NCBI RefSeq assembly: GCF_001194135.2
Contig: NC_068989.1
Coordinates: 25,413,632-25,477,631 of the forward strand
Direction of reading: 5' to 3'
DNA: 64,000 bases
DNA from: Octopus bimaculoides
Lineage: Eukaryota
The notes under the pieces are model-generated. The model had not been told where the DNA came from. It did not search any database and saw nothing but the letters and a program-made list of their open reading frames with translations. Position numbers and translations under genes: made by a program. The number at the start of each line of letters is the position of its first letter. Within the stretch, counting starts at the first letter, position 1. Below, in pieces: positions 33,491 to 46,975 of the stretch.

Positions 33491-34938
33491 GTCTTTTTGC
33501 TCGTGTTTTCTGCTAATTTGTCTCGACCGAAATGTCGACGGAGATAATAAGACAAAAATTCCTCTCGAAGTGTGTGATGCTTTGGAGGCTAACCAGCCTC
33601 CAAAACAAGTCACCAAAGGCCTTGCGGCAGTCGCCGCCGTATAAATGGAAATGTGGATATCCCATTGGGGAAACTCCAGGAAATGTGGAAAAGAATGACA
33701 GAGGAGGAGAGTGAAGTAAAAATATCACCTCCCAGCAACACAAAACAAGAAATAAAAAAAAACAATTATATTCAAAACGTTCTGCCCAGAAGTAAAAAAA
33801 AATAAAACATATGTAACAGAACAAAATTGAAAAATGACTGGTACCCATATGGAGAGATATTAGCTATATAACAAGAGGAAGGAAGTTTGGCACAATAGAA
33901 GACAGATTCAGAACAACAGATATGGCCCGCGAGCACTCTGTCAGCCCGTTGAAGACAAAAGATGCGGTGCTTCTGCCAGCCTCTATGGTGTCAGGTACCA
34001 CCGGAGTTTGATACCGCATGGGTGATGACCGCCATGTTGTTTAACAGGAAAGATAACATTAATATCCTACAATTAACACGTTCTTCCCCCTAACATTGGC
34101 TCGGGCAGAACATTGTAGCCACCATTCAAGCGGCACCGGAAGACCTAGAAAGGATTCCTGACAGAGTGCTTGTGGGCGAGGACGTGGTTCTCAAAATTCA
34201 AGTAGAGGGCAAAAAAATCTAGATGTTTTAAATGTGGCCGAAAATGCCACATAAGTGTTGACTGCGACGCGGGAGAAAAGAAAAGTAATGTAAAGGCCCA
34301 AAGTTCTGTGAAAACATATACATCCGACCCCTCACAAACCAAAAAAACTGCTCCCAAATGCACACAAACACTAGCTCCTACACTAGCAAAGACACCCACT
34401 CCCCCAACTGTGATTCTCACATAAATCCCCAAATAAGTATTCCAAAAGCCCCAACCCACGCACACACCAGTCCCGACAACAACAAAAATATCCACCCCGT
34501 CAACGTCGACGTCACCTGACAGTAAAATTGAAACTCACCCAGATGACACCATGGAGGCTGTCGAAGGGAAGTACACACTTGTTCGCACATTGACCAAAAG
34601 AACGTTGATATAATCCCCGTCCCCATCCCCACAAAAACGGAAAATACAGTAACTCAGACATTAAAAAAAACCCCGCCCAGCCGTCCAAGAAAAACCAGGC
34701 GAAAGGAAAAATACACAAGTAATGTGATAGCGCCACACTACATTATATCCAAAGCACAAGGACTACCCTAGACAATGTACCTGGATAGGCAAGATATTAT
34801 GTAAACAACTAAAGGGGAGGCATCCAAAAGCCATCTCTAGGTCAAAAGACGTTCAAAAATACCTCAGGAAAGAGGAGAAAAGAGGGGAGCCCCCACATCG
34901 CCAACGAAAAGTAAGTAGAGCGTTTACTGTTTCTTAAA

Positions 34939-35387
34939 ATGTCAACTCTGAACCTTGGTTATTTAAATGGGCGTGGTCTGAGCTCGAAGTGGAAAAAAAC
35001 ATGTTTCCTCGACGACCTCAGATCACATGATATACATGTGATGGTTGCTACAAAGACCAATCTGGATAGGCTACAAACCTTCTCAGCTCTCCTGAATGGC
35101 TATGACAAAATCATGTCTCCTGGTCAGACCGGAGGTCGAGGGGGGTGTAGTAGTCCTGGTCCAGAAATCTTGGCTCTGCAGACAAATATAGTCGTTGTGG
35201 AATCTGAAGGTGGGCTGATCGTCCTTGACGTGACATACAGCAACAAAGCCCTCAGGTTAATCGGTATTTACGCACCTTGTGCAAGAATGCAGCAAACTGA
35301 TCTATATCGGCGCCTAGAGAAATTTCTCGTGACGTCCAAGACATTAGTTGTGCTAGGAGACTACAATGCTATCCTGGATGCAGACCT
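34939..35387 (+). pseudogene. L1/Tx1-type ORF2 AP-endonuclease N-terminal domain (truncated)
   Basis: MSTLNLGYLNGRGL…IHVMVATKTNL…GLIVLDVTYSNKALRLIGIYAP…LVVLGDYNAILDAD. Homology ends abruptly after this. Confidence 0.85.
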
Positions 35388-35499
35388 CAACAATACAATC
35401 AAATTAACAGTGAAATCTTATAAATGCTAAGGTTACTTCAGTTACTTATGCATAAAAGCTCATCTAAATATGATACAGGAAATTGTTTTGGGGAAACAA

Positions 35500-36460
35500 A
35501 AATGAAAAAGTGTATCCCTACTGCACACCTTAGCCAGTTCTTAGCTAATTCCACTAAGTAAGTAATCCTTATGCCTAGACATAGTTGTGTTGCGCATGTT
35601 AAATAATAGATTGAACACACTATCCAAAACTCTTAACCACGACTATTGTCCCGAATTACATTCTCTGATACACACAAAGGTGATTATTCTATCTTATTAA
35701 ATAATATCAACGCCACATATATAACACTCCAAATTGTATTGTTAATCATTAGACTACTTCCTACTGCTGGCTTTCTTTGATATCCGATCTGGTATTTCCT
35801 CTAACTCGGTACTAGTTATAGTTTATCATATAACCCTCCCTTTCTTTGAACGCGTTTATGATAAGTAGTACTCAACTATTACTACCAGGTATTTCCTCTC
35901 CAGGAAAACATGTCCTATTATTATAGGCGGTCCCCACTATCCCATACAACATATTCGTATCTAAAACAACACCCTACACCTTTCCACTTTACCAGATAAA
36001 TCAATCGCGCATAACACTATAATTCGTTAACAGTTAGAACTTATCATTCGATTGCATTCGTACCCTCTCCCCAAATTCAACCTATATCCACAGAATACCC
36101 CTAAATTCTGTGTATCTGCTCTCTTCCCTTTGTTCTTTAGCCTTAGCTAGCGAATCCTAAACCCCAAAACTATGCCTAAATGGCTTTTTATGCATATATA
36201 ATGCCTTCACTTTTACATTTTGCTTTCTTTATTCTTTCTGTATTCTTTATCCTTACTTTATCTTCGGTCCTCTCCCAGCTACCCACTTCTCTAAGCCTAG
36301 TATAATAAAATATCGCCTTCATCCCACTGTAGCCTACCAAAGAACCAGTCCAGCAAACTCCTATCTCAAATCGCGTCGCTGTCCTTAACTATCATATGAC
36401 ACCATTTCGCAAACTATATTCTAACCTATCCCTACTCCCTAACCCCTATAACGGCCAACT
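35500..36460 (+). mobile_element. Heavily decayed probable PLE 3' part
   Basis: Weak IGG/GIY-YIG-like frame near 35920, and a C/T-rich tail sharing cccctataac with the minus-strand PLE near 41420. No convincing continuous frame. Confidence 0.3.
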
Positions 36461-37713
36461 TTGTTGGTCATCCTCCCATTTCATAGATAGCTTAAACAGA
36501 CTACAGCCACATTCCTGCTGTATTCTTGGGTTACAATTATGGTTTGTAAAATTACTTTTCATTCGATGATTAGGATTTTTTTTTAATGAAGTAATGTCCT
36601 CATTCTTCTTTTTAAAAATGCGTTATAAACATCTGTAATGAGCTGACAATTATCCATCATCTCTTATTATTCATTTGATTAAATACATACAAACATACAT
36701 ACATGCATATATATATATGTATGTATATATATATATATATATATATNNNNNNNNNNNNNNNNNNNNNNNNNNNNNNNNNNNNNNNNNNNNNNNNNNNNNN
36801 NNNNNNNNNNNNNNNNNNNNNNNNNNNNNNNNNNNNNNNNNNNNNNNNNNNNNNNNNNNNNNNNNNNNNNNNNNNNNNNNNNNNNNNNNNNNNNNNNNNN
36901 NNNNNNNNNNNNNNNNNNNNNNNNNNNNNNNNNNNNNNNNNNNNNNNNNNNNNNNNNNNNNNNNNNNNNNNNNNNNNNNNNNNNNNNNNNNNNNNNNNNN
37001 NNNNNNNNNNNNNNNNNNNNNNNNNNNNNNNNNNNNNNNNNNNNNNNNNNNNNNNNNNNNNNNNNNNNNNNNNNNNNNNNNNNNNNNNNNNNNNNNNNNN
37101 NNNNNNNNNNNNNNNNNNNNNNNNNNNNNNNNNNNNNNNNNNNNNNNNNNNNNNNNNNNNNNNNNNNNNNNNNNNNNNNNNNNNNNNNNNNNNNNNNNNN
37201 NNNNNNNNNNNNNNNNNNNNNNNNNNNNNNNNNNNNNNNNNNNNNNNNNNNNNNNNNNNNNNNNNNNNNNNNNNNNNNNNNNNNNNNNNNNNNNNNNNNN
37301 NNNNNNNNNNNNNNNNNNNNNNNNNNNNNNNNNNNNNNNNNNNNNNNNNNNNNNNNNNNNNNNNNNNNNNNNNNNNNNNNNNNNNNNNNNNNNNNNNNNN
37401 NNNNNNNNNNNNNNNNNNNNNNNNNNNNNNNNNNNNNNNNNNNNNNNNNNNNNNNNNNNNNNNNNNNNNNNNNNNNNNNNNNNNNNNNNNNNNNNNNNNN
37501 NNNNNNNNNNNNNNNNNNNNNNNNNNNNNNNNNNNNNNNNNNNNNNNNNNNNNNNNNNNNNNNNNNNNNNNNNNNNNNNNNNNNNNNNNNNNNNNNNNNN
37601 NNNNNNNNNNNNNNNNNNNNNNNNNNNNNNNNNNNNNNNNNNNNNNNNNNNNNNNNNNNNNNNNNNNNNNNNNNNNNNNNNNNNNNNNNNNNNNNNNNNN
37701 NNNNNNNNNNNNN

Positions 37714-37769
<56 letters not shown>

Positions 37770-37914
37770 ACACACAAACACATGTATATGGCCACAGACT
37801 TTACAGAAGTTAATAGACTCTTCATTAAACATTATTTTAAACTGAAAAGATTTATATTTTATATATTAATTGACATTTTTATTTTTCACTTTCTATATGT
37901 GATTGTTTAATCAT

Positions 37915-38880
37915 GCCATGTACAAAAGAAGCCTTGGAGTTATCCAAATTTTAAAGAGGTCGTTTTGTGCATCATCCAGAAAACTTTGGGATCCCATTTT
38001 CTTGAATTAATAGAGTGACTGCAATTCACCAGAGAGGGGAAAGAGGTCGATGAAGGCTCTCTGACAAGACCCTTCACTTTGTGAAGAGAAATGTGGGGGA
38101 TATTCCTAGTTGCAAGGCCTCTGACAGAGCAGAACAAGTTGATGCCAGTCCCAGAACGGCTGTCAGGTATCTGCACAAACTTGGCTACTATGACAGAGCA
38201 GCGAAAGGGAAGTCACTTCTTCGACAAGCCAATATCAAGCACAGAAGGAAAGATTGGGCCAGTGAGATGGTGGAGAGCCTATTAGCATTTTGGGACACTC
38301 TCATATTCTCTAATGAGTCCAGGTTTGCTATATTTTCTGACAGTGGTTAAGTGTGGGTCTAGAGACAGTGATCAAGAATTTGACGGGAAAATTTTGCAGC
38401 CAGCAATTAAACACGGTGGCTATTTTGTGATGGTCTGGGGATCAATTTGGAGCAATGGTTGATCAGAGCTGAAAGAGTGTGAGAGAAACATAAACTCAAA
38501 TAAATATGTGTCCATATTGCAGAACGGACTCTTTTCAATCTTCCCCATTGGTGAACTTATTAAAGAAGACTCTTTATTTATGGAAGACGGGGCTCTGTGT
38601 CACACAGCTAAAAAGACCTAAGACTGATTGGAAGACAAAGAAATTAAAAAGTTTCCATACCCACGCTAGTCACCAGATATGAACTCTATTGAACATCTCT
38701 CGGCATAATAAACAAGACACTTCGTAAAAAGAACAAGAAAGCATTCTCCAAGCCAAATCTTTTGAGATTACTGCATGAAACTTGGCAAGAAATTCCTCTA
38801 GAAAATATTCGTCTGATCAGCTGCATGACTAATAGTGTTCTTGCATAGACAAAGGCAAAGGGCATGCCTACCAAATATTA
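37915..38880 (+). mobile_element. Second Tc1 (DD34E) transposase pseudogene, different family
   Basis: IFSNESRF (D1 changed to N), KHGGYFVMVWGSIW, FMEDGALCHTAK…SPDMNSIE with exactly 34 codons between D and E. Many stops. Confidence 0.9.
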
Positions 38881-39356
38881 AATATTTGCATTATAATAAT
38901 TAGTGAATAATTTGAATGTATAATTTCAGATCAAAATAAATTTGAACGATTATAAAGGTGTCGATTTATCGGTCAAATCTGTGTTTATATGTATGTATAC
39001 GCATACATACGTATAAGAGCGTTATACACACATACATACACACATACACACAAACACACACACATACACATGTTGTGCGTGTGTGTGTGCGCACGCGCGT
39101 GTGTGAGTGTATACACATGCGTATGTGCGAACATATGCAGCACAATTTTTACTGATGTATAAATCACATTACTTCTCAAAGACTTATGATAAAAATTTTA
39201 CTTTGGCATTAGTTCTTTTAGACAAGTGATACACACATTTCCTAGTCCTAAACTAAGTCTGTCCCACCTAACGTCCTACCTACCTACCTATCTGTCTGAC
39301 ATATGTATACATATATTCATGCATATATAAACGCTCGTACATACATAGAATCATAT

Positions 39357-39391
<35 letters not shown>

Positions 39392-39764
39392 NNNNNNNNN
39401 NNNNNNNNNNNNNNNNNNNNNNNNNNNNNNNNNNNNNNNNNNNNNNNNNNNNNNNNNNNNNNNNNNNNNNNNNNNNNNNNNNNNNNNNNNNNNNNNNNNN
39501 NNNNNNNNNNNNNNNNNNNNNNNNNNNNNNNNNNNNNNNNNNNNNNNNNNNNNNNNNNNNNNNNNNNNNNNNNNNNNNNNNNNNNNNNNNNNNNNNNNNN
39601 NNNNNNNNNNNNNNNNNNNNNNNNNNNNNNNNNNNNNNNNNNNNNNNNNNNNNNNNNNNNNNNNNNNNNNNNNNNNNNNNNNNNNNNNNNNNNNNNNNNN
39701 NNNNNNNNNNNNNNNNNNNNNNNNNNNNNNNNNNNNNNNNNNNNNNNNNNNNNNNNNNNNNNNN

Positions 39765-39834
<70 letters not shown>

Positions 39835-40800
39835 TGGGACATACTGATTTTTCATCATATGACGATAGTGAATTAAGTAAGGTAAAGTAACATACAGAAA
39901 AAAACTAAAAGCATTAATCGAACAATTGCTAGACTCAGAATAGGAAAAAACATCATCGCACAGATCGCTAATGTAAATATATATCAGAGTTATTCGTAAA
40001 AATCAAACAAAATAGAGCAGACGACTGTCTGCTTAGTCTATACTTACATCCGCGTGCATACTGAACAAAAAGGTATTTTGACATATGAATGCAGTGAACA
40101 AATTATCGTGTACAGCTGTACAATATATATAAAGTTCAGTTGCACAAGAAAATATCAAACATTATACCAAAAACTATGCGCTGGTCACACACACACACTC
40201 ACGCGCATATATGCATTTGTGTATGTATGTATATGTGTGTGCGCGTGCGTGTGTGTGTCTCTGCGTGTGTGTGTGTGCGTGCATGTGTGTGTGTCAATAA
40301 GAATTGCGCAGAAGAACGACAAAGGAACACACGGAAAAAATTTATGCATATTATGCATAAGTTCTCAGCCAAAAATCACAATTTCGCGCAATTACAAATA
40401 GAATTTTTAACTGATAGCTTCAACAGCTTGCGCGGCTCGGATGAGTGAATGAATGCAAACGACGGTGACGAAAACATGCAAACGATAAACGAGGACAGAG
40501 TAAGATCAAGATGTGACAGCTAGTTGACATGTATACGCACACACACACACGCGCGCGTATATATACATATACATATAATATATATATATATAATGTAGGG
40601 GTTTAATTCACAGGTGAGTTCTGTAACGGTTTACCAGGGTTCCAAGCTCGTAACCGAGACAGTAGTGATAGAACTATGGGACTATTGTAGTCTTCTGATG
40701 CAGCGGATATAAGTTTGTTAAAAAGGAAAGCAAACACCAAGGCAAGACATCTTAAGTCATATATGTTATTGCTATTAAAAATTATTCACCATATTTTAAA

Positions 40801-40859
40801 GTCGTACAGCTGTTTCTGGCACATCCCCAAAACATGTGGAATATCCCATCATCGGAGAC
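40801..40859 (-). ncRNA. Hammerhead ribozyme motif in the sense-strand 3' pLTR
   Basis: Minus strand: GTCT-CCGATGA-tgggat…gtgcca-GAAAC-AGCT-GTA-CGAC. Stems I and II carry mismatches. Confidence 0.6.
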
Positions 40860-42394
40860 AGATGGTGACAAAGTGAGACGATAAAGATTACGGAAACGAT
40901 GGAGAGATGTAGGAAAAAGAGAAAAAGAAAAAATATATAAAAGTTCATATTTTAAGTTTCAGATTGTGAAGGTCCTATTCCATGAGCCTTTAGATATAAT
41001 CCAATGTGAATTCAGGTAAGATAATATTCCTCATATTGTAGATGTCCAAGAATAATACTTCCATGTATAAGGCTCATAATAGAATAGTGTAGATAGTAGA
41101 AATTGGCTAAAGAGGGAAGAAGTAAGTAGAAAGGGAGAAAGAGGTATCGTAATAGAGCGGTAGAGACTGTAAAGGGAAAAAGGGAAATATAGAGAGGGTG
41201 GTCAGATTTACAGAGAGAGAAGCAGTTGACATGGCATTGCCGAAAATATAAAGACATAAAAATATAATGAACAATATAAACAGAAATATAAAAATAAATA
41301 AAATAATTAAGGTAAAGGAATCTAAAGTAAGAAATACAAGATAAAGTAAAGTAAAATAAATACGTAAATAAAAGGGATTCAGGCAGACAGTAGACGCCAG
41401 TGTTGTTCTTTGAGTTATAGGGGTGGGGCAGGCAGCAGTGTAAGCGTCAGTTTTATGGCCAAGGTTAGTGGCTGTAAATATAATCCTAGCTAGCGGGGTA
41501 TGCGTGATGAAAAGGGTGAATTTAGAAAACCAGTTAACTATAAAATTAAATTATTTAGGAATAAAAATTAGCAGATAGATCTATGATGTTAAGTTTTAAA
41601 AAAATTAACTAAACAATTAATTACCAGGTATTAACTAAGGTATTAACAATGACAGAGAAGATATAGAATTGTATGTGACTAAGACCATGGAGGCATATAG
41701 TTAGGCACTACATGTGGTAGGTAAGCTTGCACTTAGATTTATGGAAGAATTTAGAAGTGTGGAAGAATCTGTGTTTGCATGTTGTGAAGTCTTCGCTGTG
41801 TTTGTTTAGTGAATGCGGAGGGTAGTGGGTTAGAATTTTAAGGGACTCTTTTAGGCGTAATCTGCAATTGGAGAGCTGGCCCTGATATGGGATGCCAGAA
41901 TCAATTATAGCCCAGGATAACCTAAATTGTATTTTACATGGTGAATGTAACTGGCTAGGGATGTGGAATTGTTCTACTCCTTATATCTAAAAGAGTGCAG
42001 ATATGCAGAATATCTCTGTTTAAAAATTAGTTGTGGATCCATATAGTAGCTATCTAAGTTATTTAATATGTTATTGACGGTGCATAGGTATACTACGTTG
42101 AATCTTCTGCAAAGGACTTGCAGCGGATCTACAATTGCATTTAACCGTCCTAGGATGGTTATTAGGAGGGTAGGATTGAGTGGTGTTGTTATCCGATAGG
42201 TTAAAGGCGAAAGTGGTATTAGGGGATTGGTTCATGGTATTGCTTTTACCATTGCTTTTATTGTTATTATCGTTAACGCCACCGTTAGTGTCAGAAACTT
42301 AAACTGAACTTTTATATATTTTTTCCTTTTCTCTTTTCCCTACATCTCTCCATCGTTTTCGTAATCTATACCGTTTTACTTTCTCATCCCATCT

Positions 42395-42453
42395 GTCTCC
42401 GATGATGGGATATTCCACATGTTTTTTGGACATCCCAGAAACAGCTGTAAGAC
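42395..42453 (+). ncRNA. Hammerhead ribozyme motif in the inverted pLTR
   Basis: Stem I GTCT (42395-98)/AGAC (42450-53); core CCGATGA (42399-405); stem II TGGGAT/ATCCCA; GAAA (42438-41); palindromic stem III ACAGCTGT; GTA cleavage triplet (42447-49). Confidence 0.75.
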
Positions 42454-42563
42454 TTTAAAAAACTGGTCCATAGTTTTTAATAGTAATAACATATATGACT
42501 TGAGACGTCTTGCCTCGATGTCTGTTTTCCTTTTTAACAAATCTTTCTCTCTCTCTCTCTCTG

Positions 42564-42643
<80 letters not shown>

Positions 42644-43639
42644 GGTGTATATACATTGAAAGGCTTTTAGGCTATGAGACGATATAGGATAAGACAGTGC
42701 AATGTAATGCAAATGGATTAAAAAAATCCTATAAAACTTGAAAAGGAAAGCAGAGAGATAGACAGACAGGAACAAAGGTAGAATGATGGAAGAAATAGAA
42801 ATAAGAAGGATTGAAGAAATAGAAATGGCACAACGTGAGCTGGTCGTGATCTATAAACTATTTTGAGTAGAAACGCCGAAGAGAAGTATGAACACTCAAT
42901 GCACATGTCCACACTGAATTCGTAAACGGAAGAGAAGAATAAAAACACAATGCGTATGTCAAAATAAAACGGAAGCGAGGAATGAAACACAATATATGAT
43001 GGTCTGCATGCCACGTATGACATCACTATCACGCAGCTTTGCTGCTATTTTCTTGTCAATAGTAATAGCATTTGTAGTAGTAGTAATATCAATTCATTGA
43101 TTTTATTGTTTTGTCTCCTTTTTAGATTTTCGTTTCTTAAGTCCACCTCCTCCTTCGTTTAGTACATTTTTACGTATAGTTTTCCGCATTATAGTACAGG
43201 CTACTTATCAGTTATCCATTATTTTAAAAATTATTCTTCGTTCTTGCTTATATATCTTTAAAATTCATTATCCGTTCTTTGGTCTAAACCGAGGAAATGT
43301 ATTTGTCTAAAACGCTAAGTGGCTCGCGCGTGTGTATATGTCTGTAAGCCAATCCTGTGGCCATCGCACTACAATTCCTTGTTAAGTCAAGCACATCAAT
43401 AAATTCTAATTATCATTGTCGCTTCTTTTTCTTTCACTTAAATCTGTCAACATCACACCAAGATTATTTTCAAATGCCAATCCCAGTGAATACAATACCA
43501 TTTCAATTCTTTATCCACAACTAGTATCTTTAACCTGCGCTTCTCTTTTACATCTCAACTCTTCCCTCATTGTTTACCGATTTACACATTCAATTTAGAA
43601 ACCACTATACATTTATTTATTAAAAATATATTCAAACCG

Positions 43640-44008
43640 GTCAGTCATTAAAATGCTGGTTCACTGCCTAGAAGAATTTTAATTGAACGAATCGACCTCA
43701 CTGCTTATTATTTAAGCTTTGTACCTATTCTATCGGTCTAAGCAAGCACACCAACAGCGGTTGTTATGTGATGGCAATCACACACACACACACACACACG
43801 TACATGCACGCACGCGCGCACACACGCATACGCACACACAGAGACACACAAGGACGACAGGTTTCTCTTAGCTACTGCCCACCACGTGGCTTTGGTTACC
43901 TGTAGGACTTGTATAAACCACTTGACCAAGTTCCCACACTATGGGGTTAAACCTTGAACCATGTGGTTGGAAGCAAATTTCTTACTATACAGCCGCACAT
44001 GCGCCTGA
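43640..44008 (-). mobile_element. Old, diverged SINE-A copy
   Basis: Reverse complement gives aggcgcatgtgcggctgtatagtaag…ccaaccacatggttc…cttggtcaagtg…, a CA/TG tract and a 3' module …gaccgatagaataggtac. Confidence 0.7.
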
Positions 44009-45805
44009 CTATATCTGTTTAATTAAATTGATTTACCTTGATTTATTTCATTTCAATTTTTTACTTGTATTTTCCTTTTAACTTTAAAAATTATCGCCTT
44101 CTGCTACGGGTACCCATCAAAGATATTCTAAAATTTCCTCCAACTACATGAGGTTTTTCAAATTTTATGAGAATATTTTCAAAAACTTTAGTTCTTATGT
44201 AGTTTTGCATGCTGATGACCAAACTATTTTTATAATAGTTACAAGCATATCCAATGAAATGCGTTCGTTGCAAACATGTAGGAGGTCGGAAATTTCTGTT
44301 GTCATGGATGTCAGCTAAGATAACGAATATGAAACCTTTATGTAGTCTAATGATCAGCTAGAAACAGCGGTCGAATCTTCCTTAAATGTTGTCTAACGTA
44401 GTTGGGGGCACTGGATGTTTTAAATTCATGATGAGAGCCTCAATACATCGTAATGTGGTTCAAAATTCACAGTGACACTAAATGTATGTATTATATGTAA
44501 TCAAAAACATAGCACTGAGTACATATTTGCTATTAATACAAACTATGTCATATAATATGCTATCCTTCCTATTTTGTATATATTATGGTGTATTTAATGA
44601 AGATTTGGCTGCTATTTCTTGCAAGTTGACAGTCCAGGTAAAGGTTTCGTCTTCGTTGTCATATCTATCGTTCTTGATTTCTATGAATAGAGACAGTTCC
44701 CACATACAACAAGTTTGCAGAAAAATGTTTGGCTTAATTACATAACCTTCAATGCGTGTAACTTAATATTAAATTCTAGAAAAAATGAATGTAACTTTCG
44801 TCCTCAGCATGCAGAACTACGTCAGAACTGCATTTAAAAATAAATAAACGTGTGGTAATTTGAAAAATTTCAAGCGGTTGAAATAAACTTGGTAAGATCC
44901 CCATCTACACCCCAATCTCACTCTTTCTGACGAGGAATCTCAGTATCTTTACTACTTCGTCAGTATATCATGCCATTTTTGACAATAGACAATGGAACAC
45001 AAAAACTGAGGAATTACTGCAGCTATTCTCTAAATGTCACATTTATATAAACACGCATATACATCCAGAAGTGTAAAAATTCATACTGGATTACAGTTTG
45101 GATTGATACTTTGCGGCATCCATCGGTGACACTTTCAATTATAGCTCTTAACTCTTAAGAAACACTGGTTCCAACCGCTATATAATTGTATATGACAGCA
45201 TTAGAATGAGGACTCATGAACATGAGTACTTTCTTTACATACAATTTATAACTGGAATTTTCATTTCACTTTCGTTGAAACTTATGCTGAAAACATTATT
45301 TCTTTCCTCACATGAAAATTTAATTTTCATTTTTGTTAAATCATATTTAGAGTCATTTCGGTTCGCTTTGTTTGCAACATTTAACAGTAGTAACTGAAAT
45401 GGTAATCAGTTTTATCATATAACATTTCCTTTACTATTTCTGGAAATAGTTGTCTCTGTAGTCGACATTTTGCTCTTGATTCCTTCATTAAGCTTTTTTC
45501 AAATTACATTTTACCTGGTTTGAATCTAGATGTAAAATTAATGTAAACTACAAAACTAAGATGTCTCCTTGCATTAAAAGGCAAAGCTATTATCGTCATT
45601 GTTTTTGGTACTTATTTATTCATTTTCTGATATTTATTTTTATAGATGCCTTTTCTAAATTACAATTTGAATTGTAAATAGCTCGGATATTGAGGATTAA
45701 GTAAATTTACAATACTGTTGTCTTATTTTCTTTACAGAATGCTATCGAAGCAAATCACATGGTGGCTTTTATAACATATTAACATACAGTCCGTGTATAT
45801 AGTTC

Positions 45806-45844
<39 letters not shown>

Positions 45845-46569
45845 AAAACGTTGTATATTCTGAAGTAATTGTTTACTACTACTACTGCACTATGACAAAA
45901 AAAAAAAACACTGAATGCATTGAGATTGAGCCCCAGACTCTCAACCACTGTCAATTGTAAGGGAAAATAATGGGCACGTTGGATGAATTATTCTTCGATA
46001 TACCACGTCTTATAAAGAAATCACCTTCCCAGCTGGAACATGTATTTTTTTTATCGCAGATCAGATATAGATCATCTCAACTGGCGACTAAATTAATCAA
46101 TATTTATTGAATCATAGGCAGCTGCATTTCTCACTATACTGGACCCCCGGTTACGATAACGAAACAGAGTCTGACAATCGAACAGATATTTTATTCAGCA
46201 ATTTTCCATTCCATCATCCGCAGATCTCAGATAATGTGAAATAATAGTTCTAATGAGGTCAGAAGCATTTCGTAACTTCAAATTCCAACGAATGGTGTAC
46301 CATTTAATAGTATTTCACACATTTCATTAAAATAGAATTCGTAAAAAAGCAACATTGTAAAACGTTTCCTTTTCTATAACAAAATAAATCTTCAGTCATT
46401 GTTGTAAACCTATCCTTAAAAATTTATAGAAATAGAATATGGATGCAAAGTACCCCGTAAAAACGAAATATGTGTGCGTTCCAAGTTGTAGAACAAATTT
46501 TGCACGTTGATTTTGTCCAAATTTTTGGTACAAGACCAGCAATTTCGGGGAGTCAATTACAATTTCGGG

Positions 46570-46740
46570 TAAGTTAATTACATCATTCCCAGTGTTCAAT
46601 TGATATTTATTTTGTCGATCCTGTAAAGATAAAAGGCAAAGTCGACCTCGGTTGCAATGGAACTTAGAGGGTAAAGTCGGAAAAATGCCGCTGGGCATTT
46701 TGTCCGGCACGGTAACGATCCTGCTAGCTTACTGCCATCC
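46570..46740 (-). mobile_element. SINE-B copy
   Basis: ggcaaagtcgacctcgg core plus a tRNA-like head on the reverse strand. Confidence 0.75.
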
Positions 46741-46759
46741 GTCTTACGTTTTAATATTG

Positions 46760-46975
46760 GTTTCAAATGTTCGCATTAGACCAGTAATATTGTAAGGGAA
46801 GGATAGGTCTGTTACATCGACTCCAGTATTCAGCTGGTATCTATTTTATCGACAACGAAAGGTTGAAAGTCAAAGTCGACCCCTGCAGCATTTGAATTCA
46901 GAACGCCAAGACGGAGGAAATTACGCTAGGCATTTTTCCTGGAGTGTTAAATATTCAGCCAGCTCGCCGGCTTGC
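46760..46975 (-). mobile_element. SINE-B copy (near full length)
   Basis: Reverse complement: ggcgagctggctgaat…gaattcaaat…ggtcgactttgactttcaacctttcg…gtcgataaaatagataccag…tggagtcgatgtaac. Confidence 0.8.

Larger units (their letters stand above)
32850..35390 (+). mobile_element. Tx1-clade LINE, 5' portion (5' UTR, ORF1, start of ORF2), 3' part missing
   Basis: ORF1 remnant IIFKTF…KIEK*LVPIWRD…FGTIEDRF…HWLGQ…KIQVEG-RCFKCGRKCHISVDC (34224-34265), followed at 34939 by an APE domain. The left boundary is approximate. Confidence 0.75.
40712..42543 (-). mobile_element. 5'-truncated Penelope-like element with inverted pseudo-LTRs
   Basis: Arms ~40712-40963 and ~42291-42543 are about 250-bp inverted repeats. 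Between them the minus strand reads NVVYLCTVNN…FKQRYSAYLHSFRYKE*NNSTSLASYIHHVK…NCRLRLKESLKIL…LNKHSEDFTTCKHR, a PLE GIY-YIG C-terminus of a different family from 13330-14128. Confidence 0.8.

Noticed and set aside
44927-44963. CTGACGA, a possible hammerhead core
   Set aside because: Forms a simple hairpin with cttcgtcag; no stem II or GAAA in the correct position.
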